Source: an uncultured Acinetobacter sp. (GTDB lineage: Bacteria; Pseudomonadota; Gammaproteobacteria; Pseudomonadales; Moraxellaceae). Taken from it: a DNA stretch of 64,000 bases. The notes under the pieces are model-generated. The model was not told the origin of the DNA. It made no database searches and was given only the letters and a program-made list of their open reading frames with translations. Below, piece by piece: positions 33,801 to 43,768 of the stretch. A program made the position numbers and the translations under genes. The stretch is from positions 341 through 64,340 of the forward strand of contig CAXYZD010000001.1 in assembly GCA_964293455.1 (NCBI GenBank), given 5' to 3'. Within the stretch, counting starts at the first letter, position 1, and each line of letters starts with the position of its first letter.

Positions 33801-35353
33801 TAATCACTCACATGGCGAACTTGACGTGACAACACCGCCATTGGCGTATCATCACCCATTGAACCGACAGCTTCTTGACCGCTTTCTGCGATTGGGCGAA
33901 GCAATTGATCACGTTCTTCGAAAGTTACCAAGAACATTTTTTGTGCAGCTTTTAAGTCATCACCTTTTAAGCCTTGATCACATAAGTATTCTTCAAGCTC
34001 TGGGCTACCTTGAACACGTACAGAATTTTCACGTAACCATTGGCGATATGGACGCATTTTTTTCAAATGGTTGCTGACATCCTTAGTATCGAGCATTTTG
34101 CCTGTATGCGTATCGATCACCAAGATTTGACCTGGACCAACACGACCTTTCGAGATCACATCCTCAGGCTTATAACCCCACACACCAATTTCTGATGCAA
34201 GTGTGATGTAACCATTTTTAGTAATGACCCAACGTGCAGGACGTAAACCATTACGATCGAGCATACAAATGGCATGACGACCATCTTGAATCACTAGACC
34301 TGCAGGACCATCCCATGCTTCCATATGCTTAGAATTGAACTCATAGAATGCACGTAAATCGGCATCTAATGTTTCAACGTTTTGCCAAGCAGGTGGAATC
34401 AGCATACGAAGTGCACGAAACAAGTCCATACCACCACCGACTAAGATTTCAAGCATGTTATCCATACTTGAAGAATCTGAGCCTGTACGGTTAACGATTG
34501 GATCTAGATCAGTAAGACCTGGTAATAATGGATTTTCAAATTTTGGGGTACGTGCCACAGCCCAGTTACGGTTCGCTGTAATGGTGTTAATTTCACCATT
34601 GTGCGCCAAATAACGGAACGGTTGAGCCAACGGCCAACGTGGCAATGTATTGGTCGAAAAACGTTGATGGAATACTACAATGTGCGATTCTAAACGTGGA
34701 TCAGATAAATCAGTGTAAAAGTCTGCAATTGCCTCAGGCAACATCAAGCCTTTATAGCTAATAACAGTTGAACACAGCGTAGTCACATAAAATGATGAAT
34801 CTTGTGTTAACTTTTGCTCTGCACGACGACGTGCCATAAACAATTTACGGTTAAATTCAGCCTCATCCACACCCATTGGGCAGTTGACAATAATCTGTTC
34901 AAATGCAGGCATAGACTGTAAGGCTATACGCCCCAAAATATCGACATTGGTCGGAATCACACGCCATGCAATGACACGGCAGCCTTCATCTTCAATTTCT
35001 TTGGTTAATACTTGTTTTGCGTGGGCTGCAACTGCAGGATCAAGACTTAAAAATACGCTACCGACTGCAAATACTTCACTCAGTGTAATATCACTTAAAC
35101 GTTTAGCTTCTTCACGGAAAAATTGCTTTGGCATTGCCAAAAGTAAACCACAACCATCGCCTGTCTTGCCATCTGCGGCAATACCACCACGGTGGGTCAT
35201 ACAACTTAAACTATGAATTGCGGTCTTGACTAAGTCATGGCTTGCATCACCCTGCATATGGGCGATTAAACCGAAACCACAGTTATCTTTAAACTCATCA
35301 GGTTGATATAAACCTTGAGCGGGAGCTACAGAATTAGGCGATGGCATGTGCAT
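30872..35353 (-). CDS. gltB: Glutamate synthase large subunit
   Basis: DNCGFG Ntn nucleophile, [37 protein letters not shown]. Confidence 0.98.
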   Translation of the reverse strand: MHMPSPNSVAPAQGLYQPDEFKDNCGFGLIAHMQGDASHDLVKTAIHSLSCMTHRGGIAADGKTGDGCGLLLAMPKQFFREEAKRLSDITLSEVFAVGSVFLSLDPAVAAHAKQVLTKEIEDEGCRVIAWRVIPTNVDILGRIALQSMPAFEQIIVNCPMGVDEAEFNRKLFMARRRAEQKLTQDSSFYVTTLCSTVISYKGLMLPEAIADFYTDLSDPRLESHIVVFHQRFSTNTLPRWPLAQPFRYLAHNGEINTITANRNWAVARTPKFENPLLPGLTDLDPIVNRTGSDSSSMDNMLEILVGGGMDLFRALRMLIPPAWQNVETLDADLRAFYEFNSKHMEAWDGPAGLVIQDGRHAICMLDRNGLRPARWVITKNGYITLASEIGVWGYKPEDVISKGRVGPGQILVIDTHTGKMLDTKDVSNHLKKMRPYRQWLRENSVRVQGSPELEEYLCDQGLKGDDLKAAQKMFLVTFEERDQLLRPIAESGQEAVGSMGDDTPMAVLSRQVRHVSDYFRQQFAQVTNPPIDPLRESIVMSLETCFGREQNVFEQSPEHADRLIISSPVLSNSKMHQIRTLGRKGYEIADIDLNYVETEGLEAAIARICEEAAQAIRDGKTLLVISDRKIRQGYLPANAAMVTGAIHHHLMGAGLRTDANIIVETALARDAHQFAVILGFGATAIYPYLAYDVINDLIAKGELLGDPIHAQANFRKGIDKGLLKVLSKMGISTVASYRGGQLFEAVGLSEEVVAKCFTGVPSRIKGATFIDLENDLKKLADLAWKARKPIEQGGLLKFVFDKEYHAFNPDVINALHKSVRSGNYADFKEYAELVNTRPIATIRDLLKLKTDNPIPLEAVEAVSEILPRFDSAGMSLGALSPEAHEAIAIAMNTIGGRSNSGEGGEDPARYGTIRNSKIKQIASGRFGVTPAYLRSAEVLQIKVAQGAKPGEGGQLPGGKVNGLIARLRYSVPGVTLISPPPHHDIYSIEDLSQLIFDLKQVNPDAMVSVKLVSEPGVGTIAAGVAKAYADFITISGYDGGTAASPLSSIHHAGSPWELGLAEAHQALRVNDLRGKVRVQTDGGLKTGLDVVKAAILGAESFGFGSTPMIALGCKYLRICHLNNCATGVATQQDHLRQEHYIGEPEMLINFFHFIAEETREWLAALGVASLKDLIGRTDLLEMLPGETEKHANIDLSALLTSHPSADGKAQYCEVQGNAPFDKGILAEKMVAEMLSAIEAGTGGEYHFTTVNCDRSIGARISGEIAKRYGNLSMEAHPVKMNLKGTAGQSLGVWNAGGLHISLEGDANDYVGKGMAGGRVSIFPPKGSPFQTQETAIIGNTCLYGATGGKLFAAGTAGERFAVRNSGAFAVIEGAGDHCCEYMTGGIVTVLGKVGHNFGAGMTGGFAYVLDLDNDFVDYYNHELIELNRISTEPMEEHKEFLLRILDEHIAETGSAWAYKIRNEFDFYSRKFWLVKPKAANLQTLLKTTQADPQ

Positions 35354-35612
35354 AGCGTACCCTTCTTTTAAACATGGGCCCTGTCGGGCAAAAACAAACG
35401 AATTATAACTTTGCGATTTTTATAGAGCACAGCAATTGGGCTGACATCAGTCATTTTAACGTCATTGCATAACTCACGACTTCATGCTTTTGTAACAAAC
35501 CTTTTATATGGTTTTGCACTTTTTTAAAGCAAGATAGTGAATTTAAATCGCACACTAATTGGATCGTTTCGCGCCAAAACAGGGACAATTAACTCAATTA
35601 GTGCACCAATAA

Positions 35613-35628
35613 TGCAAAATATATGCCA
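35613..35628 (-). promoter_or_regulatory. sigma54 (-24/-12) promoter pointing toward gltB
   Basis: Minus strand reads TGGCATATATTTTGCA (TGGCA...TTGCA with GG-N10-GC spacing). Confidence 0.7.
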
Positions 35629-35713
35629 GTTATTATAAAAACTCACTAAAGCCCTAAAATACACTTTCTTTTAATTACAATTTTAAATATTGCTCTATTT
35701 TAATTCTATGAAA

Positions 35714-35730
35714 TGCACTATTTATGTGCA
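35714..35730. promoter_or_regulatory. NtrC-type binding site
   Basis: TGCACTATTTATGTGCA fits TGCAC-N7-GTGCA, about 90-100 bp upstream of the sigma54 element. Confidence 0.65.
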
Positions 35731-35772
35731 ATAAATATTGCAAAATAATAATTCGCTCTATTTTAGAACTTT

Positions 35773-36633
35773 TTAGTTAAATGGATCACTGATTTCTTGT
35801 GCCCCTGCTTTTTTCTCTACAGGTATTTGTTCTTTTGGCTTGGATTTAGACGGTTCAACTGCTGAATGTGACTGCTCAACACCAATCACATTACCACTTT
35901 GATCTTTACGTGTAATTGTTGTTTTAGTCGTTGCCGTAACTGCTGTTGATCCAGAAGATGCGATTGCAGGCTTAGGTTGAGCAATCAATGTTTCGTCAAT
36001 AATCGGAATAGGTGCAGATTTTAGCTTCACTTCATACAGTTTATTACTACCTTGCAACTCTTCTGTTCCTAAATCATTGACAAAGTCTGCATATTCACTC
36101 AGCTTAATCACTTTAGGTTTCACCGATGCAGGTAAACCCAATTGTAGCTGATTCAATTGCGTATTGGCTTCAGCTTCGGTTTTAAATACGCCATAATTGG
36201 CAGCATATTGTTCAGCTTGATGATCACCACTTAAACGAAAATAGAAAAAATTCTTTTTATCTGGTTGTTTACGAATAAAGCCTGAAATCACATCTTCTTC
36301 ATTTGCTTTAAAAAGTGCGATACTAAAGTTTTTCTTATTGTCTTGAATAAATTTTGTACCACGAAATTCAGCAGTATGATCGCCCGATACAACCACACGT
36401 GTCGTCATTTCAAGTGGGCGCACTTCGTCTTGCAGACTACCCAAATGTGTACTTGCCGCCACTTTTTCTGGCTGAATTTGTACTTGAGTCTCTTCAATAG
36501 GACTATCCATCTCTACCAAATGATCTGTATCTGTTGCAACCCAAAAAATAAAGGCAATCAACAGACAAGCTAAACCACTGATCAGCCAAATATACTGCCG
36601 AATGCTTTCCCAGTGAATACGCTTTGCTGCCAT
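35773..36633 (-). CDS. Membrane-anchored SPOR/DamX-like protein
   Basis: One N-terminal TM helix, a SPOR-like segment (YGVFKTEAEANTQLNQLQLGLP), and the damX position right after aroKB. Confidence 0.55.
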   Translation of the reverse strand: MAAKRIHWESIRQYIWLISGLACLLIAFIFWVATDTDHLVEMDSPIEETQVQIQPEKVAASTHLGSLQDEVRPLEMTTRVVVSGDHTAEFRGTKFIQDNKKNFSIALFKANEEDVISGFIRKQPDKKNFFYFRLSGDHQAEQYAANYGVFKTEAEANTQLNQLQLGLPASVKPKVIKLSEYADFVNDLGTEELQGSNKLYEVKLKSAPIPIIDETLIAQPKPAIASSGSTAVTATTKTTITRKDQSGNVIGVEQSHSAVEPSKSKPKEQIPVEKKAGAQEISDPFN

Positions 36634-36651
36634 GTGAATGCCTTAATTTTT

Positions 36652-37731
36652 TCAGTGTTGATTTGCAAGAATCGCTTGCTTCATCTGCTCTACATCAAAC
36701 TCACGCGTAATGATTGCCTGCCCCAATTGCTTCATTAAAACTAAGCGCAACTGACCATCAAGCACTTTTTTATCATGTGCCATATATGCAAGGAATTCAT
36801 CTAGCGGAATCTGCGGACATGCTACAGGTAAATGCGCACGTTGAATGATATTTTTTGTACGCTCTAGATCAGTTTGACTGATCCAACCCATACGATAAGA
36901 CAAATCTGCCGCCATCACCATACCTGTTGCGACGGCTTCGCCATGTAACCACACGCCATAACCCAAGTAAGATTCAATTGCATGACCAAAGGTGTGCCCT
37001 AGATTAAGTAAAGCACGTTCACCCTGTTCTTTTTCATCATTTGCAACAATACGAGCTTTATGCGCACATGAACGATAAACCGCTTCAGCGAGCAAATCTG
37101 CATCACGTCCAACCAACGCATCCATATGCGTTTCAAGCCAAGCAAGAAATTCAATATCGCCAAGCAGTGCATATTTAATCACTTCTGCCAAACCTGCAGA
37201 AAGCTCACGATCAGGCAAAGTGCTTAACTGTGCCATATCAGCAAGAACCACTTGTGGTTGCTGAAAAGCACCAATCATATTTTTACCGAGCGGATGATTA
37301 ATCCCTGTTTTCCCGCCCACACTCGAATCGACTTGAGAAAGTAAGGTTGTCGGTACTTGAATAAAATACACACCACGTTGAAAACATGCCGATGCAAAGC
37401 CCGCCATATCACCAATCACTCCACCACCTAAAGCCAATACAGTACAATCACGGTTAAAACCCGCTTCAAGTAACGCATCAAAAATTAAATTCAGATGTTG
37501 GCTATCTTTATATTTTTCACCATCAGGTAAAATACAAGTTTTAACTGTTTTACCCAATTGTTCAATCGCAGACAAATAGTGTGCCAAATACAGCGGCTCA
37601 ACGGTCGTATTACTCACAATCATCACTTGTTTGCCATGAATATATGGCTCAAGAAGTTGTTGCGGATCTAACTGACTACCAATGAAAATTGGATAACGGC
37701 GTTCGCCAAGTTCAACATATAACGTTTGCAT
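36652..37731 (-). CDS. aroB: 3-dehydroquinate synthase
   Basis: [44 protein letters not shown]. Confidence 0.98.
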   Translation of the reverse strand: MQTLYVELGERRYPIFIGSQLDPQQLLEPYIHGKQVMIVSNTTVEPLYLAHYLSAIEQLGKTVKTCILPDGEKYKDSQHLNLIFDALLEAGFNRDCTVLALGGGVIGDMAGFASACFQRGVYFIQVPTTLLSQVDSSVGGKTGINHPLGKNMIGAFQQPQVVLADMAQLSTLPDRELSAGLAEVIKYALLGDIEFLAWLETHMDALVGRDADLLAEAVYRSCAHKARIVANDEKEQGERALLNLGHTFGHAIESYLGYGVWLHGEAVATGMVMAADLSYRMGWISQTDLERTKNIIQRAHLPVACPQIPLDEFLAYMAHDKKVLDGQLRLVLMKQLGQAIITREFDVEQMKQAILANQH

Positions 37732-37745
37732 GATGTACTAAACCA

Positions 37746-38297
37746 CTAAATAGTATTGGTCAATTCTTTAGAAATAATCAGCTGAAGAATACTTTGTGCC
37801 AAATCACGAGCTGCCCCTTGATTGGTTTCAATAATATAATGCGCAACTTCTCGATAAAATGGATCTCTAAGCCTTAATAAGTCTTTTAATTTTTGCTCAG
37901 GATTTTCGACTTGCAATAATGGTCTATTTTTATCACGGTAGGTACGCTGTAATTGAAGCTCTACAGGCGTATAAAGATAAATAACGATGCCTCGTTGATG
38001 CAGATATTCACGGTTTTGGGGCTGTGTTACAACACCACCACCCGTTGCAACAACCAAGTGATTTTTCAATGTCAGCTCATCAATGACTGCTGTTTCTCTA
38101 AACCGAAAACCCGGTTCACCCTCTTTTTCAAATATCCATGGGATGGTCGCCCCAGTTTTACGTTCAATTTCATGATCACTGTCTAAAAACTCGCGATCAA
38201 GTAAATCTGCCAAATGACGACCAACGGTAGTTTTTCCTGCCCCCATGGGCCCTACCAAATAGATATTCGGTAGGGTGTTAAACTCTTTGCTTGGCAA
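37746..38297 (-). CDS. aroK: Shikimate kinase
   Basis: GPMGAGKTTVG, DSDHEIE, ATGGG, RPLL. Confidence 0.97.
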   Translation of the reverse strand: MPSKEFNTLPNIYLVGPMGAGKTTVGRHLADLLDREFLDSDHEIERKTGATIPWIFEKEGEPGFRFRETAVIDELTLKNHLVVATGGGVVTQPQNREYLHQRGIVIYLYTPVELQLQRTYRDKNRPLLQVENPEQKLKDLLRLRDPFYREVAHYIIETNQGAARDLAQSILQLIISKELTNTI

Positions 38298-38333
38298 GGA
38301 GTCACCTATTGAATTGCTTTCATTGAAAGTATA

Positions 38334-40523
38334 TTAATGATTTCTGGTTTGACTGTCATTAACAATTCTTGGTGTAACAAAGATTAATAGCTCACGCTTA
38401 CTCTCTGTTTTTGCATCCTTACGGAACAAACGACCTACATAAGGAATATCACCAAAGAATGGCACTTTAGTTTGTGATTTAGAGTTTTGCTGTTCAAAAA
38501 TACCACCGAGAACCACTGTTTCACCATTATCGACAAGCACATTGGTACTAATTTCATTTTTATTCAAAATGATTTCACCATTCGGTGCTGTCCCTGCTGG
38601 AGAATCACTTGTGATTAGCAAGTCCATCTGAACCTTACCATCGGGTGTAATACTCGGCGTCACATCTAAACTGAGCAATGCATCTTTAAATTCAGTTGTC
38701 GCTGTTGCAGCTCCACCTGCTGTTGAGGTTGTTTGGTACGGAATTTGTTGACCTGATGACACTTTGGCTTTCTGCTTGTCTGCAGTTAAGACTTTTGGTG
38801 TAGAGATAACTTCACCATAACCATCTGCTTGTAGTGCAGACAACTCAAGATCCAACATAAAGTCCGACATACTAATCAAACCAAATGCAATTTTACTTGC
38901 ACCCGCACCTGTTACACCTAAATCTACATTTAAGTTATCTGGACGTGTAATGGTATATTTACCATCATCATCAGGTGTTTTTAAGTCCCAAAGTGTCGTG
39001 TCACTGCCACCAACGAGTAAATCATTATTTCTAGTGACACCCTGAGATAGAATCCCCCACTTCACACCCATTTCTTTGGTAAAGTCTGTCGTTGCACGTA
39101 CAATTCGTGCTTCCACCATCACTTGCTTAACAGACACATCTAGCAAATCAATCATTTTACGAATTTGATCAATTTTTTGTGCTGTATCATTAATAATCAA
39201 TGTGTTGGTTCGTGGATCAATTGAAATGGTACCACGAGGACTCAACAGTGAGCCTACGCTACCTCCAAGTGCTTCAGTTTGGGCACCACCTGAGCTTGAA
39301 TTATTAGAAGTACCTGAATTCTTACCTTGGGTAATCATTTTTTCAATATCAACAGCTTTTGCATAATTTAACTGTAAATATTCAGTTTGCAAGGGCGCAA
39401 GTTTCACACTTTGTGCAATCGCTTTTGCTTCATCTTCTTCCGCTTTGATCAACTCGGTTACAGGTGCAATCCAAATCACACTCCCATTACGACGTTTATC
39501 TAAATTTTTCGTTTTGAGAATAATATCGAGTGCTTGATCCCAAGGCACATCCTTCAAACGTAAAGTAATATTGCCTTGTACTGTATCTGCAGCAACCATA
39601 TTGATTCCCGTAAAGTCCGCAAGCAACTGTAGAACTCGACGAACTTCAATATCTTGGAAATCTAGAGAGATTTTTTTACCTGTATAATTATTTGCAGACT
39701 GTAAACTTTGTGGGCCTTTTTTCTCTTCAGGACGCTTTAAACTTATAGTCAGTTTATTTTCTGCCTGATAAGCCATGTACTCATAACTGCCTGATGATTG
39801 AATAGTAATCACACCATTTGCACCATCGTTATAAGCATCAATCACAGAAACTGGGGTTGCAAAATCATTCACATTCAGGCGGCGAATCAAATGTGCTGGA
39901 ATACGATTTCCTAACAAGCGAACGACAACTTTACTACCTTGCTGTTGTACATCAACTGGAGTATTTGCACCCAATAAACTAATACCAACCTGTCCTTCAC
40001 CCGCTTTTCCACGTTGAAAACCTATATCAGAAATACCTTGCTGCTGTGAAACAGCACCTGCTCCAAGTTCAGGTAAGGCTGCATTTCCCGTTTGTGCTGA
40101 GTTATTCACCTTGAGAATAAAAGTATTGCCTTCTACGCGTGTCGTGAATGCACTTTTGTTATTGAGATTTACTGTTAGTCGTGAACGCTTTTCATCTGAA
40201 GTGACATCAACAGAGCTTGCCTCATTGGTCGCAACAGCTACCGTTGTTTGGTCTAAAGTTTGCTTGGCATCATTAAAATCTAGAACCAAACGAGATGGAT
40301 TTTCTAATTCATAAGCTTGTGGCTGTGGTGGCAACCCATTGAACATTACACGAATTTCAGTCCCCTGACCTGGAACTTGCATCGGCACCACATTAGTCAT
40401 GGTGATCTGTGCAGATGAAACCTGCATAATTGCCATCGATACCGCCGCCATTGAAAACTGACGAAGACTGCTGTTCATAAATGTGCCATCCCCAACGAAT
40501 AAATTTTTTACACTATTTTTCAT
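38334..40523 (-). CDS. pilQ: Type IV pilus secretin PilQ (ComQ)
   Basis: AMIN domains, YTGKKISLDFQDIEVR, VPWDQALD, secretin C-terminus VPFFGDIPYVGRLF..ELLIFVTPRI; the true start may be a downstream Met. Confidence 0.96.
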   Translation of the reverse strand: MKNSVKNLFVGDGTFMNSSLRQFSMAAVSMAIMQVSSAQITMTNVVPMQVPGQGTEIRVMFNGLPPQPQAYELENPSRLVLDFNDAKQTLDQTTVAVATNEASSVDVTSDEKRSRLTVNLNNKSAFTTRVEGNTFILKVNNSAQTGNAALPELGAGAVSQQQGISDIGFQRGKAGEGQVGISLLGANTPVDVQQQGSKVVVRLLGNRIPAHLIRRLNVNDFATPVSVIDAYNDGANGVITIQSSGSYEYMAYQAENKLTISLKRPEEKKGPQSLQSANNYTGKKISLDFQDIEVRRVLQLLADFTGINMVAADTVQGNITLRLKDVPWDQALDIILKTKNLDKRRNGSVIWIAPVTELIKAEEDEAKAIAQSVKLAPLQTEYLQLNYAKAVDIEKMITQGKNSGTSNNSSSGGAQTEALGGSVGSLLSPRGTISIDPRTNTLIINDTAQKIDQIRKMIDLLDVSVKQVMVEARIVRATTDFTKEMGVKWGILSQGVTRNNDLLVGGSDTTLWDLKTPDDDGKYTITRPDNLNVDLGVTGAGASKIAFGLISMSDFMLDLELSALQADGYGEVISTPKVLTADKQKAKVSSGQQIPYQTTSTAGGAATATTEFKDALLSLDVTPSITPDGKVQMDLLITSDSPAGTAPNGEIILNKNEISTNVLVDNGETVVLGGIFEQQNSKSQTKVPFFGDIPYVGRLFRKDAKTESKRELLIFVTPRIVNDSQTRNH

Positions 40524-40543
40524 TTTTATTCCTTAATCTAATC

Positions 40544-41175
40544 TCAATCCGCAGGCCCAAGAAGTACAAGGCTTCGCGGTCTTTCGATATAACCTTCCCT
40601 GCCATCTGGTACAATCTCAAGTAAATCAATACGTGTTGGCGTAATATCAACCACACGTCCTTGATTCATCCCCATATAACTACCACGTTGCACACGTTCA
40701 ACTTCGCCATCTGGCGTTTGAATCAATGCAATAATCTGACCTGTTATAGCTAAACTCGAACTTAGAGCTACATTATCCTTAGATCAAAACAATAAATATC
40801 AATGTTTTAATTATTCAAATAATGTAGCCTAAAACTTTGATCTAGCTATACACCCTTCATACTACCTTTCATATTGAGTGATTCAATTGCATAGCTTTCA
40901 AGAGGCTGAGATGGGCGTGAGAAGTTTGGATAAACTCGCTTACCAGACATGACTTTCAACTCATTGGCAAGTGAGCTTGGTAAAACTGGGCTTCTTAGTT
41001 GCTGAGCTGAGTAGTTAAAACTTGCAATCGGTTCAAAAACAGGCGCAGGTTCAATTGGTAAGGCTTGTTGACTACGAATATCAGCCATCGCTTGATTCAC
41101 AGCATCCATACGTGAATCACAGCCTGATAAAATCAATCCCATCATAAGACCACAGGCAATTTTAATCGTTTTCAT
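40544..41175 (-). pseudogene. pilP: Type IV pilus lipoprotein PilP, interrupted by a MITE
   Basis: The 5' part (lipobox LSGC, ...ESLNMKGSMKGV then stop) and 3' part (TGQIIALIQTPDGEVERVQRGSYMGMNQG...) rejoin in frame into 175 aa when 40745-40848 is removed. Confidence 0.93.
40747..40848. mobile_element. 102-bp non-autonomous MITE, TA-targeting (IS630/Correia-like)
   Basis: TA duplicated at 40745-46 and 40849-50; 30-bp imperfect TIRs at 40747-40776 and 40819-40848 (20/30 identical); no ORF; central IHF consensus at 40797-40809. Confidence 0.9.
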
Positions 41176-41897
41176 TATTGTTGCCCTCCTGGCTGACCCG
41201 CAGGTGCTTGACTAGACGCCGCATTATCATCCGTACCAATATAACGGTAGGTCTTTGCATTCAACGTATAATCAACCAATGGAATATCTGATTTTTTATC
41301 GGATGGTGGTGCTGCTGTCACAGTGAAATCATGCATGGTCACAATACGTGGTAATGCAGCAATGCTACTCACAAAGTTACCAAATGAGTGGTAATCACCT
41401 GTCGCTTGAATTGAAATAGGTTGCTCAATAAAGAACTCTTGTTTCACTTCATTTTCAAGACGAATAATTTTAAATTTAAGCCCTGAACCTACCCCTGCAA
41501 CGTTAATGTCTTCAACCAAACCTGGGATTTCTGTTTCTTTTGGCAATTGTTGCAATTGTTGCGTAAAATTGGCTTCCATTTGCTGTAACTGCGTTTGATA
41601 TTGCTGTAAGTTACGTAATTTAGAGTCTTTTTCCTTAAATTCATTCAGCAATGTTTGTTCCTGATTACGTGCCCCATCAATTGCATCGAGTTTCGATTTA
41701 ATTGCCAAGAAATAACCTAAAGCACAAACAACAAAGAATAAAAAGATCCAACATGTAATTTTAACTGACCATGGCCAACTGCCAAAGTTATTCATATCCA
41801 GTGTATTAAATTGTTGAAAAAACTTTTCAACACTCATTTTTTTCTTTTTCGGTGCATCTTTTTCCAAAGACACGTCATTTAATTCATCACGACTCAT
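41175..41897 (-). CDS. pilO: Type IV pilus assembly protein PilO
   Basis: GSWPW plus TM, QLPKETEIPGLVEDI, GDYHSFGNFVSSIAALPRIVT. Confidence 0.95.
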   Translation of the reverse strand: MSRDELNDVSLEKDAPKKKKMSVEKFFQQFNTLDMNNFGSWPWSVKITCWIFLFFVVCALGYFLAIKSKLDAIDGARNQEQTLLNEFKEKDSKLRNLQQYQTQLQQMEANFTQQLQQLPKETEIPGLVEDINVAGVGSGLKFKIIRLENEVKQEFFIEQPISIQATGDYHSFGNFVSSIAALPRIVTMHDFTVTAAPPSDKKSDIPLVDYTLNAKTYRYIGTDDNAASSQAPAGQPGGQQ

Positions 41898-42547
41898 TTT
41901 GCACCTCCTGCATTCGCTGTCGTTGCAACCGCAGCACTTGCACCTTGAGCATCGGCATCAACTTGTATCGCAGCTTCACCCAAATCAGCAGTCACAACAA
42001 AACTTCCATAAGTTTCTTCAACTCGTGGAACAATCGAACTTGTGTCTTTATTTTTATTTTCTTCTGCAGCTAAGAATGAATTCATAAACGCATTTCTAAA
42101 CCATGGTGATACTTCCATACCACGAAGGAGTTCAGCCACTGTATTTGGACTTTCTGCACGCCCTTCAATGGTAAACTTATCACCTGTACGATTAAATTTG
42201 GTGATGTACATGTTTGATGGTACAACACGAACCAATTCATCAATAATATGAACTGTCACTGGACGTTGACTTTCAAGTCCTTGAATCAGTTTCATACGTT
42301 CAATAATGGCATTGCGGCGCTCTTGCAAACCATCTAATGTTTTTAATTGGCTATCTAGTGTTTGATTGGTACTGGTAATCAGTTGATTTGCTTGTTCTTG
42401 ATCGCTTAGTTTGTGATCAAAGTACAGCCAAGCCAACATCACCGCAACTAACCCTAAAATTGCCACCCCAACGCACATTGCAATAAATTGTTTCTTACGC
42501 TGTTCTCTCAGCTCATCACGCCAAGGGAGTAAGTTAATCTTTGCCAT
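41894..42547 (-). CDS. pilN: Type IV pilus assembly protein PilN
   Basis: INLLPWR PilM-binding motif, TM helix and coiled coil. Confidence 0.96.
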   Translation of the reverse strand: MAKINLLPWRDELREQRKKQFIAMCVGVAILGLVAVMLAWLYFDHKLSDQEQANQLITSTNQTLDSQLKTLDGLQERRNAIIERMKLIQGLESQRPVTVHIIDELVRVVPSNMYITKFNRTGDKFTIEGRAESPNTVAELLRGMEVSPWFRNAFMNSFLAAEENKNKDTSSIVPRVEETYGSFVVTADLGEAAIQVDADAQGASAAVATTANAGGAK

Positions 42548-43605
42548 TAATCAAAACTCCTCAATGCCAAACCACATGCAACCATTAATGATGGTGCATC
42601 ATTTTCTATTTTTTTAAGATCGATCTGTGGGGAGAATCCCATCTGTAAAAATGGATTTGCAACCGTGACTCGATAACCTAATTTTTGTTGTAATAATTTA
42701 GATAAGCCCGGTATATTCGCATTGCCCCCTGCAAGTAAAATATGATCAATCTCACTAAATTGAGAAGATGAAAAAAAGAATTGCAATGAACGTGCTGCTT
42801 GCTGAACAACAGCCTCTAAAAATGGATTCAATACTTCAGTTTCATAATCATCAGGTAAGGTACGATCTTTTTTCGCACGACCTGCTTCGTCATATGACAA
42901 ACCATAACGGTTTTGTACATCTTGAGTCAGCTGTTTCCCCCCAAAAACTTGCTCACGCGTATAGATAATTTTACCATTTTGCATCACAGACAGTGTCGTC
43001 ATGGTATGACCGATATCAAGAATCCCCACCATATTGACGCCGATTGGTAACGTATCCGAAAACACTTCAAATGCACGTTCAAGCGCATAATTTTCAACAT
43101 CGGCAATTTTAGGTGTTAAGCCTGCAATTTCGAGCACTTCTAAACGAGTATCGATATTTTCGGTACGTGTTGCCACCAAAAGCACATTGACCCGATTTGG
43201 GTTAGCAAGGCGATCTGGTAGGACCTCAAAATCAAGACTCACTTCGTCCAACGGAAAAGGAATGTATTGCTCCGCATCCATACGAATTTGAATTTCACGT
43301 TCTTCATCATTCATATCTGCATCCATTTCAATGACTTTATTAATCACCATTGATGTGGGTACAGCAAGCGCAACATTCTGTGAATGTGGATTTGCAAGAT
43401 TGACTGCGCGCTCTATCGCATCTGCAACAGATTCAGGATTTAGAATGCTTTTTTCAACAACACTCCCTTCCTGTAATGGGCTCAATCCATAGCTTTCAAC
43501 CCAATAACGACCGTTTTTAACAGAGAGTTCCAATATCTTTACAGAAGTAGAACTAATATCTACTCCTGCTAACCCCTTATTTGGCTTACGATATAGTCTA
43601 AGCAC
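42547..43605 (-). CDS. pilM: Type IV pilus assembly protein PilM
   Basis: Actin-like GVDISSTSVK, YIPFPLDEV, LDIGH, LAGGNA, VACGLALRSF. Confidence 0.97.
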   Translation of the reverse strand: MLRLYRKPNKGLAGVDISSTSVKILELSVKNGRYWVESYGLSPLQEGSVVEKSILNPESVADAIERAVNLANPHSQNVALAVPTSMVINKVIEMDADMNDEEREIQIRMDAEQYIPFPLDEVSLDFEVLPDRLANPNRVNVLLVATRTENIDTRLEVLEIAGLTPKIADVENYALERAFEVFSDTLPIGVNMVGILDIGHTMTTLSVMQNGKIIYTREQVFGGKQLTQDVQNRYGLSYDEAGRAKKDRTLPDDYETEVLNPFLEAVVQQAARSLQFFFSSSQFSEIDHILLAGGNANIPGLSKLLQQKLGYRVTVANPFLQMGFSPQIDLKKIENDAPSLMVACGLALRSFD

Positions 43606-43768
43606 GATACAATTCCTATTATTTTTTTATCCCCAACTACATACAAACTAAAATACAGCTGGTCTTAATTTTTAACAGATACAATATCTCATCTAACAAT
43701 TCGCCAAATGAAAAGCTATACTGACCGTCAATTAGTTTGCCATTAGCTCTTATTAAAACTTACTTGTT

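Noticed and set aside
40544-41175. pilP split as a sequencing frameshift, intron or programmed recoding
   Set aside because: The extra 104 bp has TIRs and a TA duplication, is not a multiple of 3, contains stops and is far too short for a self-splicing intron.
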